A stretch of 64,000 bases of DNA. It comes from Chloroflexota bacterium (GTDB taxonomy: Bacteria; Chloroflexota; Limnocylindria; Limnocylindrales; CSP1-4). Below the pieces are notes generated by a model. It was not told the DNA's origin. It saw only the letters and a list, made by a program, of their open reading frames with translations, and ran no database searches. Numbering within the stretch: the stretch's first letter is position 1; every line of letters begins with the position of its first letter. Location of the stretch: NCBI GenBank assembly GCA_017881915.1, contig JADGQK010000004.1:1024-65023 (forward strand), given 5' to 3'. This document shows positions 9,616-17,555 of this stretch, one piece after another. The position numbers and the translations under genes were made by a program.

Positions 9616-10293
9616 TCAGAGGAGGATGACTGCGTTGCCCTCCGGGATCCGTCCATCTCGCAGGGCTGCGAGTGCGGCGGGCGCAGAAATCGGGAACGAA
9701 CCAAGAATCGAATCGTCCACGTTCCTCATCGCGGCTCGGTTCGATCGGGTGTTGGCCAGCAGGAGCACAACCGGGGCTACCCGGCCATCTCGGCCTTTGA
9801 GGGCCAATCGTCGTTCTACCGCCTGGAGGTCCGTGATCCGGGTTTCAGCCTCCACTCCAACCCGTTCGCGGCCCAACCCAAGAAGGGCATCCCACGCTCG
9901 CAAGTCCCCGGCGGGCCCGAGCGGAACCTCGGTCTGCCAGGTGAACGTCTGTGCGACCCGCTCCCGCAATCGCGCGAGGAGTGCGATATGCGCCTTGTCG
10001 CGGATGGGCGCGCCGGTCGGGTAGGCGCGAGCGGACAGCTCGAGCCCGACCACGCCCAGAATTCGGGCCAGGTTGACCAGTGAAACGGCGGCAATCTGTC
10101 CCCGCTCGATCCGTCCGATCTCGGTGTCGGACAGGCCCGCGGCTCGTCCGACGGCTTCCTGGCTTAGTCCGTGTTGAAGCCTTGCGGTGTGAAACTCTCG
10201 ACCGAGTTCGGCGATGAGGGCCCGCCCTCGCCGTGCGCCCCGATCGGCGGCTCGTTCCTGGCCTGGCATCCAGGGAATTGTCGCCGAGGACAC
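9616..10293 (-). CDS. XRE-family helix-turn-helix protein with uncharacterised C-terminal domain
   Basis: HTH motif LSQEAVGRAAGLSDTEIGRIERGQ in the N-terminal half. The C-terminal ~120 aa has no family I can name. Confidence 0.75.
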   Translation of the reverse strand: MSSATIPWMPGQERAADRGARRGRALIAELGREFHTARLQHGLSQEAVGRAAGLSDTEIGRIERGQIAAVSLVNLARILGVVGLELSARAYPTGAPIRDKAHIALLARLRERVAQTFTWQTEVPLGPAGDLRAWDALLGLGRERVGVEAETRITDLQAVERRLALKGRDGRVAPVVLLLANTRSNRAAMRNVDDSILGSFPISAPAALAALRDGRIPEGNAVILL

Positions 10294-10324
10294 TTACGTC
10301 GGCATCATCGGGGGCGCGCAGGCG

Positions 10325-11215
10325 CTAGGCGGGTGGCGGACCCGGTTCGGGACCGGTGGCGACCGGGTAGCCGGCTGTGCTCCAGTCACTCCAGGAACCG
10401 GGGTAGAGGATCGGGTCGGGCAGTCCGGCGACACGCATCGCGAACGCGTCGTGGCAGGCCGAGACCCCGCTGCCGCACGAAGTCACGACGTCGCCCTGGT
10501 CCGCGCCGAGGCCCTGATAGTGCTCCCGCAGGGCGGCCGGGGGCAGGAAGCGGCCGTCCGGCCCGAGGTTGCCGTCGGTCGGGGCGTTGCGAGCGGTCGG
10601 GATGTGGCCGGCGACCGGATCGATCGGCTCGACCTCGCCGCGGTAACGTGGGCCGGCGCGGGCATCGAGGACCGTCGGTCGGCTCGCATGGCGGAGCCGG
10701 TCGAGCAGCTCGTGTCGATCGATCGTCTTCGACCAGTGCTCGGCCAGGAGCAACTCGGCGGCCGGCAGCTCCGGCACGTCCGTCGTCTCGGGCAGTCCGA
10801 GGGCGGTCCAGGCCGGCAGGCCGCCGTCGAGCACCGCGACGCGGGCGTGGCCAAGGTTGTCGAGCATCCACCACAGTCGGGCGGCGACCCACCCCCCGAC
10901 ATCGTCATACACGACCACGAAGTCGCCGTCCGCGATCCCGGCTTGACCGAGGCGCTCGGCAAACTCGGCCGGGTCCGGCAGCGGATGGCGACCGGGACCG
11001 CTCCGCGCGGTGAGGTCGTCGTCGATGTCGAGGTGGATCGCGTCGGGCAGGTGGCCGGCATCGTAGGCGGCCCGCCCGGCACCCGGCTTGCCGAGGTACC
11101 AGCGGACGTCAACGATCCGCAGATCCGGCTCGTCGATCCGCTCAGCGAGTTCCTCGGGACTGATCAGGCTCACGCCGGGAGTATGCCAGCCCGCGTTGTG
11201 CAAGTCGGACCCCAA
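10325..11215 (-). CDS. thiosulfate/3-mercaptopyruvate sulfurtransferase (tandem rhodanese)
   Basis: Two rhodanese domains with active-site loop CGSGVSAC. The ORF-track start is TTG 11215; GTG 11173 (VSLISPEEL) is an alternative. Confidence 0.85.
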   Translation of the reverse strand: MGSDLHNAGWHTPGVSLISPEELAERIDEPDLRIVDVRWYLGKPGAGRAAYDAGHLPDAIHLDIDDDLTARSGPGRHPLPDPAEFAERLGQAGIADGDFVVVYDDVGGWVAARLWWMLDNLGHARVAVLDGGLPAWTALGLPETTDVPELPAAELLLAEHWSKTIDRHELLDRLRHASRPTVLDARAGPRYRGEVEPIDPVAGHIPTARNAPTDGNLGPDGRFLPPAALREHYQGLGADQGDVVTSCGSGVSACHDAFAMRVAGLPDPILYPGSWSDWSTAGYPVATGPEPGPPPA

Positions 11216-11229
11216 GGGGTCGAGGTGGA

Positions 11230-11267
11230 GCGCGAACGAGCCGAGACCCTGGCGCGAACGAGCCGAG
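11230..11267. repeat. perfect 16-bp direct repeat (GCGCGAACGAGCCGAG x2, 22-bp period)
   Basis: Copies at 11230-11245 and 11252-11267, in the intergenic region between the rhodanese start and tRNA-Asn. Confidence 0.6.
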
Positions 11268-11369
11268 CCGCGGGCGTGAGCGGCCGAATCGGAACCGGCC
11301 CGTGCTATCCTTCGCCCGGCGTGGGCAAGGTCTTGCCCGGCCCCAGCGACCGCCCCTGGCGGTCCTCGC

Positions 11370-11444
11370 TCCGGCGTAGCTCAGTGGTAGAGCGGGCGGC
11401 TGTTAACCGCTTGGTCGTAGGTTCGAGTCCTACCGCCGGAGCCA
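11370..11444 (+). tRNA. tRNA-Asn (anticodon GTT)
   Basis: Hand-folded cloverleaf: acceptor TCCGGCG/CGCCGGA, D-arm GCTC/GAGC, anticodon stem GGCGG/CCGCT with loop CTGTTAA, T-arm GTAGG-TTCGAGT-CCTAC, discriminator G and encoded CCA. 75 nt. Confidence 0.95.
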
Positions 11445-11582
11445 AACAAGGCTGACCACACCCGGCCTGAGGCACTGCTGGACCTCGGCCCGGCGTGAGC
11501 TGCCCGATCGGGCCTGGGAGCCGAGTCGGCCTGGGAGTGACCACGATGGTGGCGGCCACGAACCTGCGCTTTTCGTCCCCGA

Positions 11583-13175
11583 TCAGTTGCCAGCCCCGGG
11601 TGGCAGAACGGCCACGTTGAGCCAGCGCCCGCCCGTCGCCCGGCGCGTGACAAACGTCAGTGCAAACGGGGATGTCTGTTGTGCCTGCAGGACCCCGGCG
11701 GCGTTGTAGGTCTCCTCGATCACTGTTCCTCGAGAATCGAAACCCAGGCTCAGGCCGTCCTGCCTTCCGAAGGGCACAAGGAGGGTCATGGTCACGGCCT
11801 CGATTCGGTACTGGGCGATGACGGTGGTACCACTCGCGACCGCGTTCCTGAGCCGACCTTGCATCTCGACGAGCCGGTCTCCGTGATCGACTGCGGCGAG
11901 GATGGTCTCATCGTGTCGAAGGAGCGCCTGGTTCTCGAGCTGCAGGTTCTCGGCCAGGGTCAGCATGATCGCCTGGGCTCCCGGACCGACGATCGTATGG
12001 TCCCAGTCCGCGACATTCTGGCTGACGGAAATCGTTGGGAACGTCGCCGGATCAACCTCGTGGGGTACCCGGCCCAGGACCTCGGCCACGTCCGGAGCGA
12101 CGATTCCGCGGGCCGGCGTACCGGCGGCGACGATGCCGACCCCGACGAAGAGCAGCGCGGCCCCGATGAGCCCGACCCGAAGGGCGCCACGCAAGATCCC
12201 AGCCCCGGCCGCCCCGCCGGTCGCCAGTCGGGTCGCGAACCGGCCGAGATCGTCCGCCGCCGATCTTGGTTCGGGAAGGAGTCGATCGAGGATTGGGCGG
12301 CCTGCGCACACGACGACCAGGCCCGCGAGGAGGCCCACCTTGGTCCCGAACTCGTTGGTCTGGGGCGCCATCAGGAGCGTGCTTGCCATGGCGACGAGGA
12401 GGCCGAACATGACCCGTCCGACCCGTCCGGACGGCACGGTCTTGGGGTCCGTCATCATGAAGAACAGGAAGATGAGTACTTCGGGCGATGTGATGATCAC
12501 CCGCACGAAATCCGCACCGCAAACGGGTGCGAACGCCCAGCGCGCGGTCATGCAGTGTCCCGAACCGGCGAGGATCCCGACGCCGGCCGTCAATCCGACC
12601 CAGAACGTTGCCGCTAGGGCCAGGAGATGCAGCCGCCGGGTGATCAACAGTCCGCCGGCGATGATGACGACGTAGGCCGCGATCATCCAGGTATCGAGGG
12701 GCGCCCACCAGAAGTCGAGGGGCTCAACGCGCGAGGTGCCGAGCACGACGAAGGCAACGACCAGCCCGATATTGGACGGGTTGAACACGTGGGAACCGCG
12801 GTACCGGATGACGTACTTGGTCAGGAGAGAAAGGCCGGCGACGGCCGCAAACACGTACCAGGCGTGAGTGCTCCAGTGGTCATCCGTGGGCGTCCCGACA
12901 ACGCGCAGGATGAGGGCGACACCGCTGCCCGTCAGCATCGCGCTGGCAGGCCACACGAATGAGCGGCTCTGGCGGAAGGTCAGCACGACTTCGATGGCAG
13001 CGCAGGTCAGGATTGCCGCGAGGATCTGCGGCACGCTGACCTGGAAGTGCAGGGCGACCTGGCCGAGGACGTGGATCGTGATGATGACCGCCGCGACATG
13101 CAAACGCGGATCGCGGATGCTCGGCAGGACCAGCGGGTAACTACGGCCGCCGAACGTGAGCGTCCGGCTGTTCAA
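11583..13175 (-). CDS. polytopic membrane protein with soluble C-terminal domain (weak RnfD/NqrB-like resemblance)
   Basis: About 300 aa of hydrophobic helices, including HVFNPSNIGLV which resembles the RnfD/NqrB FNPA region. A ~200-aa non-membrane C-terminal domain follows. The family call is tentative. Confidence 0.65.
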   Translation of the reverse strand: MNSRTLTFGGRSYPLVLPSIRDPRLHVAAVIITIHVLGQVALHFQVSVPQILAAILTCAAIEVVLTFRQSRSFVWPASAMLTGSGVALILRVVGTPTDDHWSTHAWYVFAAVAGLSLLTKYVIRYRGSHVFNPSNIGLVVAFVVLGTSRVEPLDFWWAPLDTWMIAAYVVIIAGGLLITRRLHLLALAATFWVGLTAGVGILAGSGHCMTARWAFAPVCGADFVRVIITSPEVLIFLFFMMTDPKTVPSGRVGRVMFGLLVAMASTLLMAPQTNEFGTKVGLLAGLVVVCAGRPILDRLLPEPRSAADDLGRFATRLATGGAAGAGILRGALRVGLIGAALLFVGVGIVAAGTPARGIVAPDVAEVLGRVPHEVDPATFPTISVSQNVADWDHTIVGPGAQAIMLTLAENLQLENQALLRHDETILAAVDHGDRLVEMQGRLRNAVASGTTVIAQYRIEAVTMTLLVPFGRQDGLSLGFDSRGTVIEETYNAAGVLQAQQTSPFALTFVTRRATGGRWLNVAVLPPGAGN

Positions 13176-13205
13176 GACATCTCCCGACAGAGGCCCGCCC
13201 AGACC

Positions 13206-13823
13206 TCAGCCCGGAACTGACCTGACACGCTGGTCGCTGTAGCCATGCTCCGCGATCTCGGCGGCGCGAGCACGGTAGGCCTCGGCGCTCGGCGGGGTCT
13301 TGGCCCGAAACCCGTCGACCATCCGGTTGTACATCGAGAAAGCGGCGGCGATGAGCACAGCGAGCTGGACGTCGGCATCGGACGCACCGCCGGCAAGCGC
13401 CGCCGCGACGTCGGCGGCGGTCAGGTCGCGCGGCTCCCGGCGCACGGTTCGCGCGACATGGAGCAGCGCGCGCATCTTGTCGTCGAATCCCTCGGACGAT
13501 CCGAGTTTGATCCCGTCAATGAGCGGCACGAGCTCAGTCGCTCCGCCTCGTTCGAGCAACGCGCTCGCGAACGCGCCGTGCGAGTCCATGCAATAGAAGC
13601 AGTCGTTGGCCGCCGAGACGGCGGTCGCCAGCATCTCCCGCTCGGCTCGACTGAGCGTGGCGCCCGGAAAGTCGGTGACGAGCAGTTCGTCGGCGAGGCC
13701 GCGCAGATGGATGCCCAGACCGGGTGTCAACCGGATCGCGGCAAGGATCCCCGGGACATCGGGCAATCCGCCGACGATCGCCTCTTCCTCCGAGCGCGCG
13801 AGGCGCTCTTCGTCGCGGGCCAT
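13206..13823 (-). CDS. carboxymuconolactone decarboxylase / AhpD-like peroxidase-related protein
   Basis: CxxC-type motif NDCFYCMDSHG typical of the AhpD/CMD fold. AGGAGAGGG RBS upstream of ATG 13823. Confidence 0.8.
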   Translation of the reverse strand: MARDEERLARSEEEAIVGGLPDVPGILAAIRLTPGLGIHLRGLADELLVTDFPGATLSRAEREMLATAVSAANDCFYCMDSHGAFASALLERGGATELVPLIDGIKLGSSEGFDDKMRALLHVARTVRREPRDLTAADVAAALAGGASDADVQLAVLIAAAFSMYNRMVDGFRAKTPPSAEAYRARAAEIAEHGYSDQRVRSVPG

Positions 13824-14202
13824 AGCACCCTCTCCTGACGTTCAAGTCGCAGTGCGTAAGTATGCCGCACCGCCCGATCGGGTCCGTGATTCAGCGGATG
13901 GCAGGCCGTTGGCCTCGCACCACGATGTCGCTCGTTCGGCCAATCGAGAACGCTGTCGGGAGCCAACTGATGACCAAGCACGCCGCGGGTGGCGCGACGG
14001 CTTCAGCCAGGCCGCCACGTTCTGGACTGGCTCTGATCTGCACTGACCCGTTGCTGCGAACATGTCGAACGAAATGTTGACCGAGCTGTCGATTGGCGGC
14101 GTCTCCAGGTCGTGGAGCCTTCAACGCGATGTAGTCGGTCGGTGCGGGCGGCGAGTCATCAACACGCTCTGGGCGGCTCGTCGCCAACTCCGGCACGACT
14201 GC

Positions 14203-14778
14203 TCAGCCGATCGACCTTTGCGGCACTGCCCCCGCGACGATCGTGTCGAGCGAATAACTGAACGCCGCGTCCACGTCCCCCCCGAGCCGGAAGGCGCCCG
14301 CCAGTTCCATGCTCACGAAGCCGTGGACGAAGGCGGTGAACAGTCGGGCGGCCTCGAGCGCGTGCTCCGCCCCGACCAGCCGTTCCGCGATGAGGAGCAC
14401 GCCAGCGGCGCCGGCGGCATTCGACTCGGCCGTCGGTCGAGCGTCGGGCAGGAGCCGACTGAACAGGAGCTGGTAGGCGCCCGGGGAGCGGTGGGCAAAC
14501 GCCCGGTATTGGTTGGCGGCGATCTGGACGGCCTCGGCCGGGTCGGCCGTCCGGGTGGCCGGGGCAATCGATGCGTCGAGCTCGACGACCACGTCCTGGG
14601 CGATCGCGCCGATCAAGGCGGACCGGCCGGCGAAGCGCTTGTAGAGCGATGGCGCCCGGACGCCGACCCGGCCGGCGACCGCCTGCATCGTGACCGCATC
14701 AAGCCCGCCCTCCTCGAGCAGCCCCCGGGCCTCGGCGATGATCGCCTGGTGCGAGGTCCGGGCTCGCGCGGGGCTCAT
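14203..14778 (-). CDS. TetR/AcrR family transcriptional regulator
   Basis: N-terminal HTH LDAVTMQAVAGRVGVRAPSLYKRF. The ORF-track start GTG 14814 overlaps the upstream gene. ATG 14778, with GAGG upstream, lies 4 nt after the DUF4260 stop. Confidence 0.85.
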   Translation of the reverse strand: MSPARARTSHQAIIAEARGLLEEGGLDAVTMQAVAGRVGVRAPSLYKRFAGRSALIGAIAQDVVVELDASIAPATRTADPAEAVQIAANQYRAFAHRSPGAYQLLFSRLLPDARPTAESNAAGAAGVLLIAERLVGAEHALEAARLFTAFVHGFVSMELAGAFRLGGDVDAAFSYSLDTIVAGAVPQRSIG

Positions 14779-14782
14779 CAGC

Positions 14783-15196
14783 TCAGCCTCGTCCCGCGGC
14801 TTCAGTTCGCTCACGGCCGATCGGGCCGAGGTGGGTGTCGCCGAAGTCGGTCGGCAGCTTCAGGCCGTACCCGAGGGCCCGGTCCATCCCGACATGAGCG
14901 ATCACCACGGCCCCGGCCAGGGCAAGGATCGGCAGGTTCAGGGCCAGTCCGGCGCCCAGGACGGCGAGCGCGCCGGCCCACTGGTGGGCGAGGTTGTAGA
15001 TGACGGCTCCGAGCCGCGGACCGCGCAGGTAGCCGACCATTGAGACGTCGACGAGCAGGATCGCCGGCACGAGCCATGGCCATTCACCTCCGAGCCGGCC
15101 GAAGACGACGATGCCGGCGACGAATGCAGCTGCCCCTTCCAGGCGAAGCCAGGCCCGAACGTCGTGGTCGAGGGCGGGAAGGGGGCTTGAATGCAT
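14783..15196 (-). CDS. DUF4260-like small membrane protein
   Basis: Motifs YNLAHQ and HVGMDRALGYGLKLPTDFGDTHLG. The long ORF-track N-terminus (to 15445) is Arg-rich and implausible. ATG 15196 sits 9 nt after a -10-like TATCAT, which suggests a near-leaderless transcript. Confidence 0.7.
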   Translation of the reverse strand: MHSSPLPALDHDVRAWLRLEGAAAFVAGIVVFGRLGGEWPWLVPAILLVDVSMVGYLRGPRLGAVIYNLAHQWAGALAVLGAGLALNLPILALAGAVVIAHVGMDRALGYGLKLPTDFGDTHLGPIGRERTEAAGRG

Positions 15197-15205
15197 GGTG
15201 TGGCT

Positions 15206-15235
15206 ATGATACGTAGCCATCATGGCTATTGTCAA
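15206..15235 (-). promoter_or_regulatory. candidate promoter of the DUF4260-tetR operon (TTGACA-N18-TATCAT on the minus strand)
   Basis: Minus-strand -35 TTGACA is at plus coordinates 15230-15235 and -10 TATCAT at plus coordinates 15206-15211. The -35 lies inside the palindrome at 15224-15240. Confidence 0.4.
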
Positions 15236-15240
15236 TAGCC
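15224..15240. promoter_or_regulatory. perfect palindrome GGCTATTG-T-CAATAGCC; candidate TetR operator
   Basis: 8-bp arms with a 1-nt centre, in the 105-bp divergent region between the DUF4260-tetR operon and the prodomain gene. Confidence 0.5.
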
Positions 15241-15300
15241 TATAGCGATCCCTTCGAGTGCTGGATTGACGGGCCGCCGCGCAAGGCCGATCGTCTCGAC

Positions 15301-15777
15301 ATGCACCGTCGGTTCGTCGCGCTGGCTGGCAGTGAGCGCCGGGCCGCACCCGGTGCCCGCCTCGTCGGGCCAGCCGATCCCGGCGAGCAGCTCGAGGTGA
15401 CCCTCGTTCTGCGGCCACCGCCGCGAGGTGGGGCCGGCTCGCCACAGGATCTGGGTGGGGCCCCGTCGATCAGGTTGACCCGGGCTGAGTTCGCCAGGAC
15501 GGAGAGCGCCCAGCCCCAGGATGTCGAGCACGCCGAGGCCTTTGCCGCCGAGTTCGGCCTGCGCGTTATCCGAAGCAGCCCGGTCGAACGCACGATCGTC
15601 CTGGCAGGCGCTGCCGGCTCGTTTGCCCGGGCCTTCCGGGTGCACCTCGCTCAGTACGAGCTGGCTGGCGCGACGTATCGCGGGCGCGAAGGTTCGATCC
15701 ATCTGCCCGAGGCGCTGGCCCAAGGCGTCATCGCCGTGCTCGGGCTCGACGACAGGCCGGCCGCCGAGCGCCGCTGA
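15301..15777 (+). CDS. stand-alone pro-kumamolisin/sedolisin activation (pro)domain protein
   Basis: By eye it aligns along its whole length with the prodomain of the adjacent S53 peptidase: VALAGSERRAAPGARLVGP vs VALDGSERTAIPGARDVGP, and VIAVLGLDDRPAAE vs IEGVFGLDDRPQAR. The stop falls at the prodomain/catalytic boundary. ATG 15301 matches the paralogue's N-terminus. Confidence 0.7.
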   Translation: MHRRFVALAGSERRAAPGARLVGPADPGEQLEVTLVLRPPPRGGAGSPQDLGGAPSIRLTRAEFARTESAQPQDVEHAEAFAAEFGLRVIRSSPVERTIVLAGAAGSFARAFRVHLAQYELAGATYRGREGSIHLPEALAQGVIAVLGLDDRPAAERR

Positions 15778-15795
15778 ACCGCCCGCCTCGCCGCC

Positions 15796-17433
15796 CTACG
15801 CGGGTTTGCGCAGCGCGGCCAGGAGTCTCGTCCCGTCGATCCGGCCGAGACCAGTGCAGGCGTCCCAGCCCACGCCGGCCGAATAGGCCCCGTTGTTGCC
15901 TTCGGTGATGTCGTGGATCGTGCCGGCCGCAACGCGATAGAGGGCCGGGTTCAGGAAACCGACCGGCCGACCGAGCTCCTCGTTCAGCAAGGCGACGAGG
16001 CCGGCGTACAGCGGCGCCACCGCGCTGGTGCCGCCGATCACCATGTCCCGGCCGTCGACACGGACGGCATAGCCACTCGCCGGGCTGGCATCGCCGGCGA
16101 CGTCCGGCACGCCGCGACCGACCCGTCCGCCCGGGTTCGCCGACTTCTGCACCCTCGCACCGGCCTGGTAGGGCGGAGGATCGAAGACATCGCTGATCCC
16201 TCCACCGGACGACCCGCCGAGGGCGCCGTCATTCCAGGTCCGCTCGTCGGTGATCACCGTCGTCGAGCCTGCGACCCGCGTCCCGCCACAGGCGAGGACG
16301 TTCGGGCTCGAGGCCGGGAAGTCGGCGTGCGCACGGCCATCGCCGACCCGATCGTCCGAGCCGTTGTCGCCCGAGGCGCAGGCGACCGTGACACCGAGAA
16401 GCGCGGCATCGACGAAGGCCGCGTCCATCGCCCGCATGGCCTGGGCCGTCCAGCTCGACTCGGGCCCGCCCCAGCTGATCGAGATGACCGAGGGATTATG
16501 GGTCGTATCGTGGACCGCCTTCGTGATCGCGTCGAGAAAGCCGCGATCGGTGTTCGGGGCAAAGTAGACGACGATCTTCGCCCCGGGCGCCACCGACCCC
16601 GCGACCTCGATGTCGAGCATCACCTCGCCGTCGGCGCTGTCGGCCGTGGTCGGATCGTCGCGCCCGCCATCGACCGACACCGTCGTGACCGACGGCCGCG
16701 GGACCCCCAGGCCCTTGAAGTACACGTCGAGGTCGGCCGGCCGGAGCCCGCCCCCGAGCTCGATCAGGGCAATCGATTCGCCCGTTCCGTCAACACCGGA
16801 GATGAAGTCGTATAGACGGGCGACCTGCGGTGGGCTGAAGCTGCGGGTGGTTAATTCGCTCGTCGCCGCCGGCTGGACGGCCCCCGACGATCCAGCCGCC
16901 AGATCGCCGGCGCCGGCCGGAGCGAGGACCCGGAAGTGGGGCCTGGCCTGGGGTCGATCGTCCAGGCCAAAGACGCCCTCGATGATCGTCGCGAGGCTTG
17001 CCGGGATCGTGACCGACCCCGTTCGGCCGCGAAACTTCGTGCCTCCGATTTCGTAGCGGCGGAGGCTGACATCGAACGTGGCACTCAGCTGGGCCGCCGA
17101 ACCGGCAAGTACGACCCGGCGTTCGGCAACCTCCGAGACGAGGACCTCGAGTCCGTGCTCGCGGGCGAAGGCCTCGACGCGGCCGATCTCGGCCGGGTCC
17201 GCACCGCCGCTGGCGCGGAGCTGGCGCCGGCTGAGGTAGCCGACCTGGCCAGGACGTCCCGCTGTGCCCGGGAGCTGGGCTGCCGCGGCGGCAAGCGCAG
17301 CGGGCCTCGCCGTCCGGACCCGAACCGTCAGCTCGATCCGTTCGTCCGGCGCGACAGGGCCGACGTCCCGTGCGCCGGGAATCGCCGTCCGCTCGCTACC
17401 ATCCAGCGCGACCCTGGGCTCGTTCGCGGGCAT
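15796..17433 (-). CDS. S53 family serine-carboxyl peptidase (sedolisin/kumamolisin-like) with prodomain
   Basis: Prodomain plus catalytic domain. IALIELGGG region (catalytic Glu/Asp area) and nucleophile motif GGTSAVAPLYAG. Confidence 0.9.
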   Translation of the reverse strand: MPANEPRVALDGSERTAIPGARDVGPVAPDERIELTVRVRTARPAALAAAAAQLPGTAGRPGQVGYLSRRQLRASGGADPAEIGRVEAFAREHGLEVLVSEVAERRVVLAGSAAQLSATFDVSLRRYEIGGTKFRGRTGSVTIPASLATIIEGVFGLDDRPQARPHFRVLAPAGAGDLAAGSSGAVQPAATSELTTRSFSPPQVARLYDFISGVDGTGESIALIELGGGLRPADLDVYFKGLGVPRPSVTTVSVDGGRDDPTTADSADGEVMLDIEVAGSVAPGAKIVVYFAPNTDRGFLDAITKAVHDTTHNPSVISISWGGPESSWTAQAMRAMDAAFVDAALLGVTVACASGDNGSDDRVGDGRAHADFPASSPNVLACGGTRVAGSTTVITDERTWNDGALGGSSGGGISDVFDPPPYQAGARVQKSANPGGRVGRGVPDVAGDASPASGYAVRVDGRDMVIGGTSAVAPLYAGLVALLNEELGRPVGFLNPALYRVAAGTIHDITEGNNGAYSAGVGWDACTGLGRIDGTRLLAALRKPA

Positions 17434-17555
17434 GTGCCGTCCTCGCTAGCGACGTGCCCGACCGACGGCGCGCCCCTCGTTCGACCCGGGCACCCGGTCC
17501 GGCGACTCACGCGAGGCTAGTCGCCAGCCGGCGGCCGGTCTATCGGGATGATGCC

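Noticed and set aside
14065-14080. LexA/SOS-box-like TCGAAC-GAAA-TGTTGA
   Set aside because: The right half-site has three mismatches to the GTTCGA consensus. The neighbouring GTTCG copies are direct, not inverted.
13824-14202. 380-bp gene-free, somewhat lower-GC gap upstream of the AhpD-like gene; possible riboswitch or small gene
   Set aside because: The ORFs in it (72-101 aa) have poor third-position G/C bias. I recognise no riboswitch or ncRNA signature. It is most likely a promoter/leader region or fully decayed sequence.
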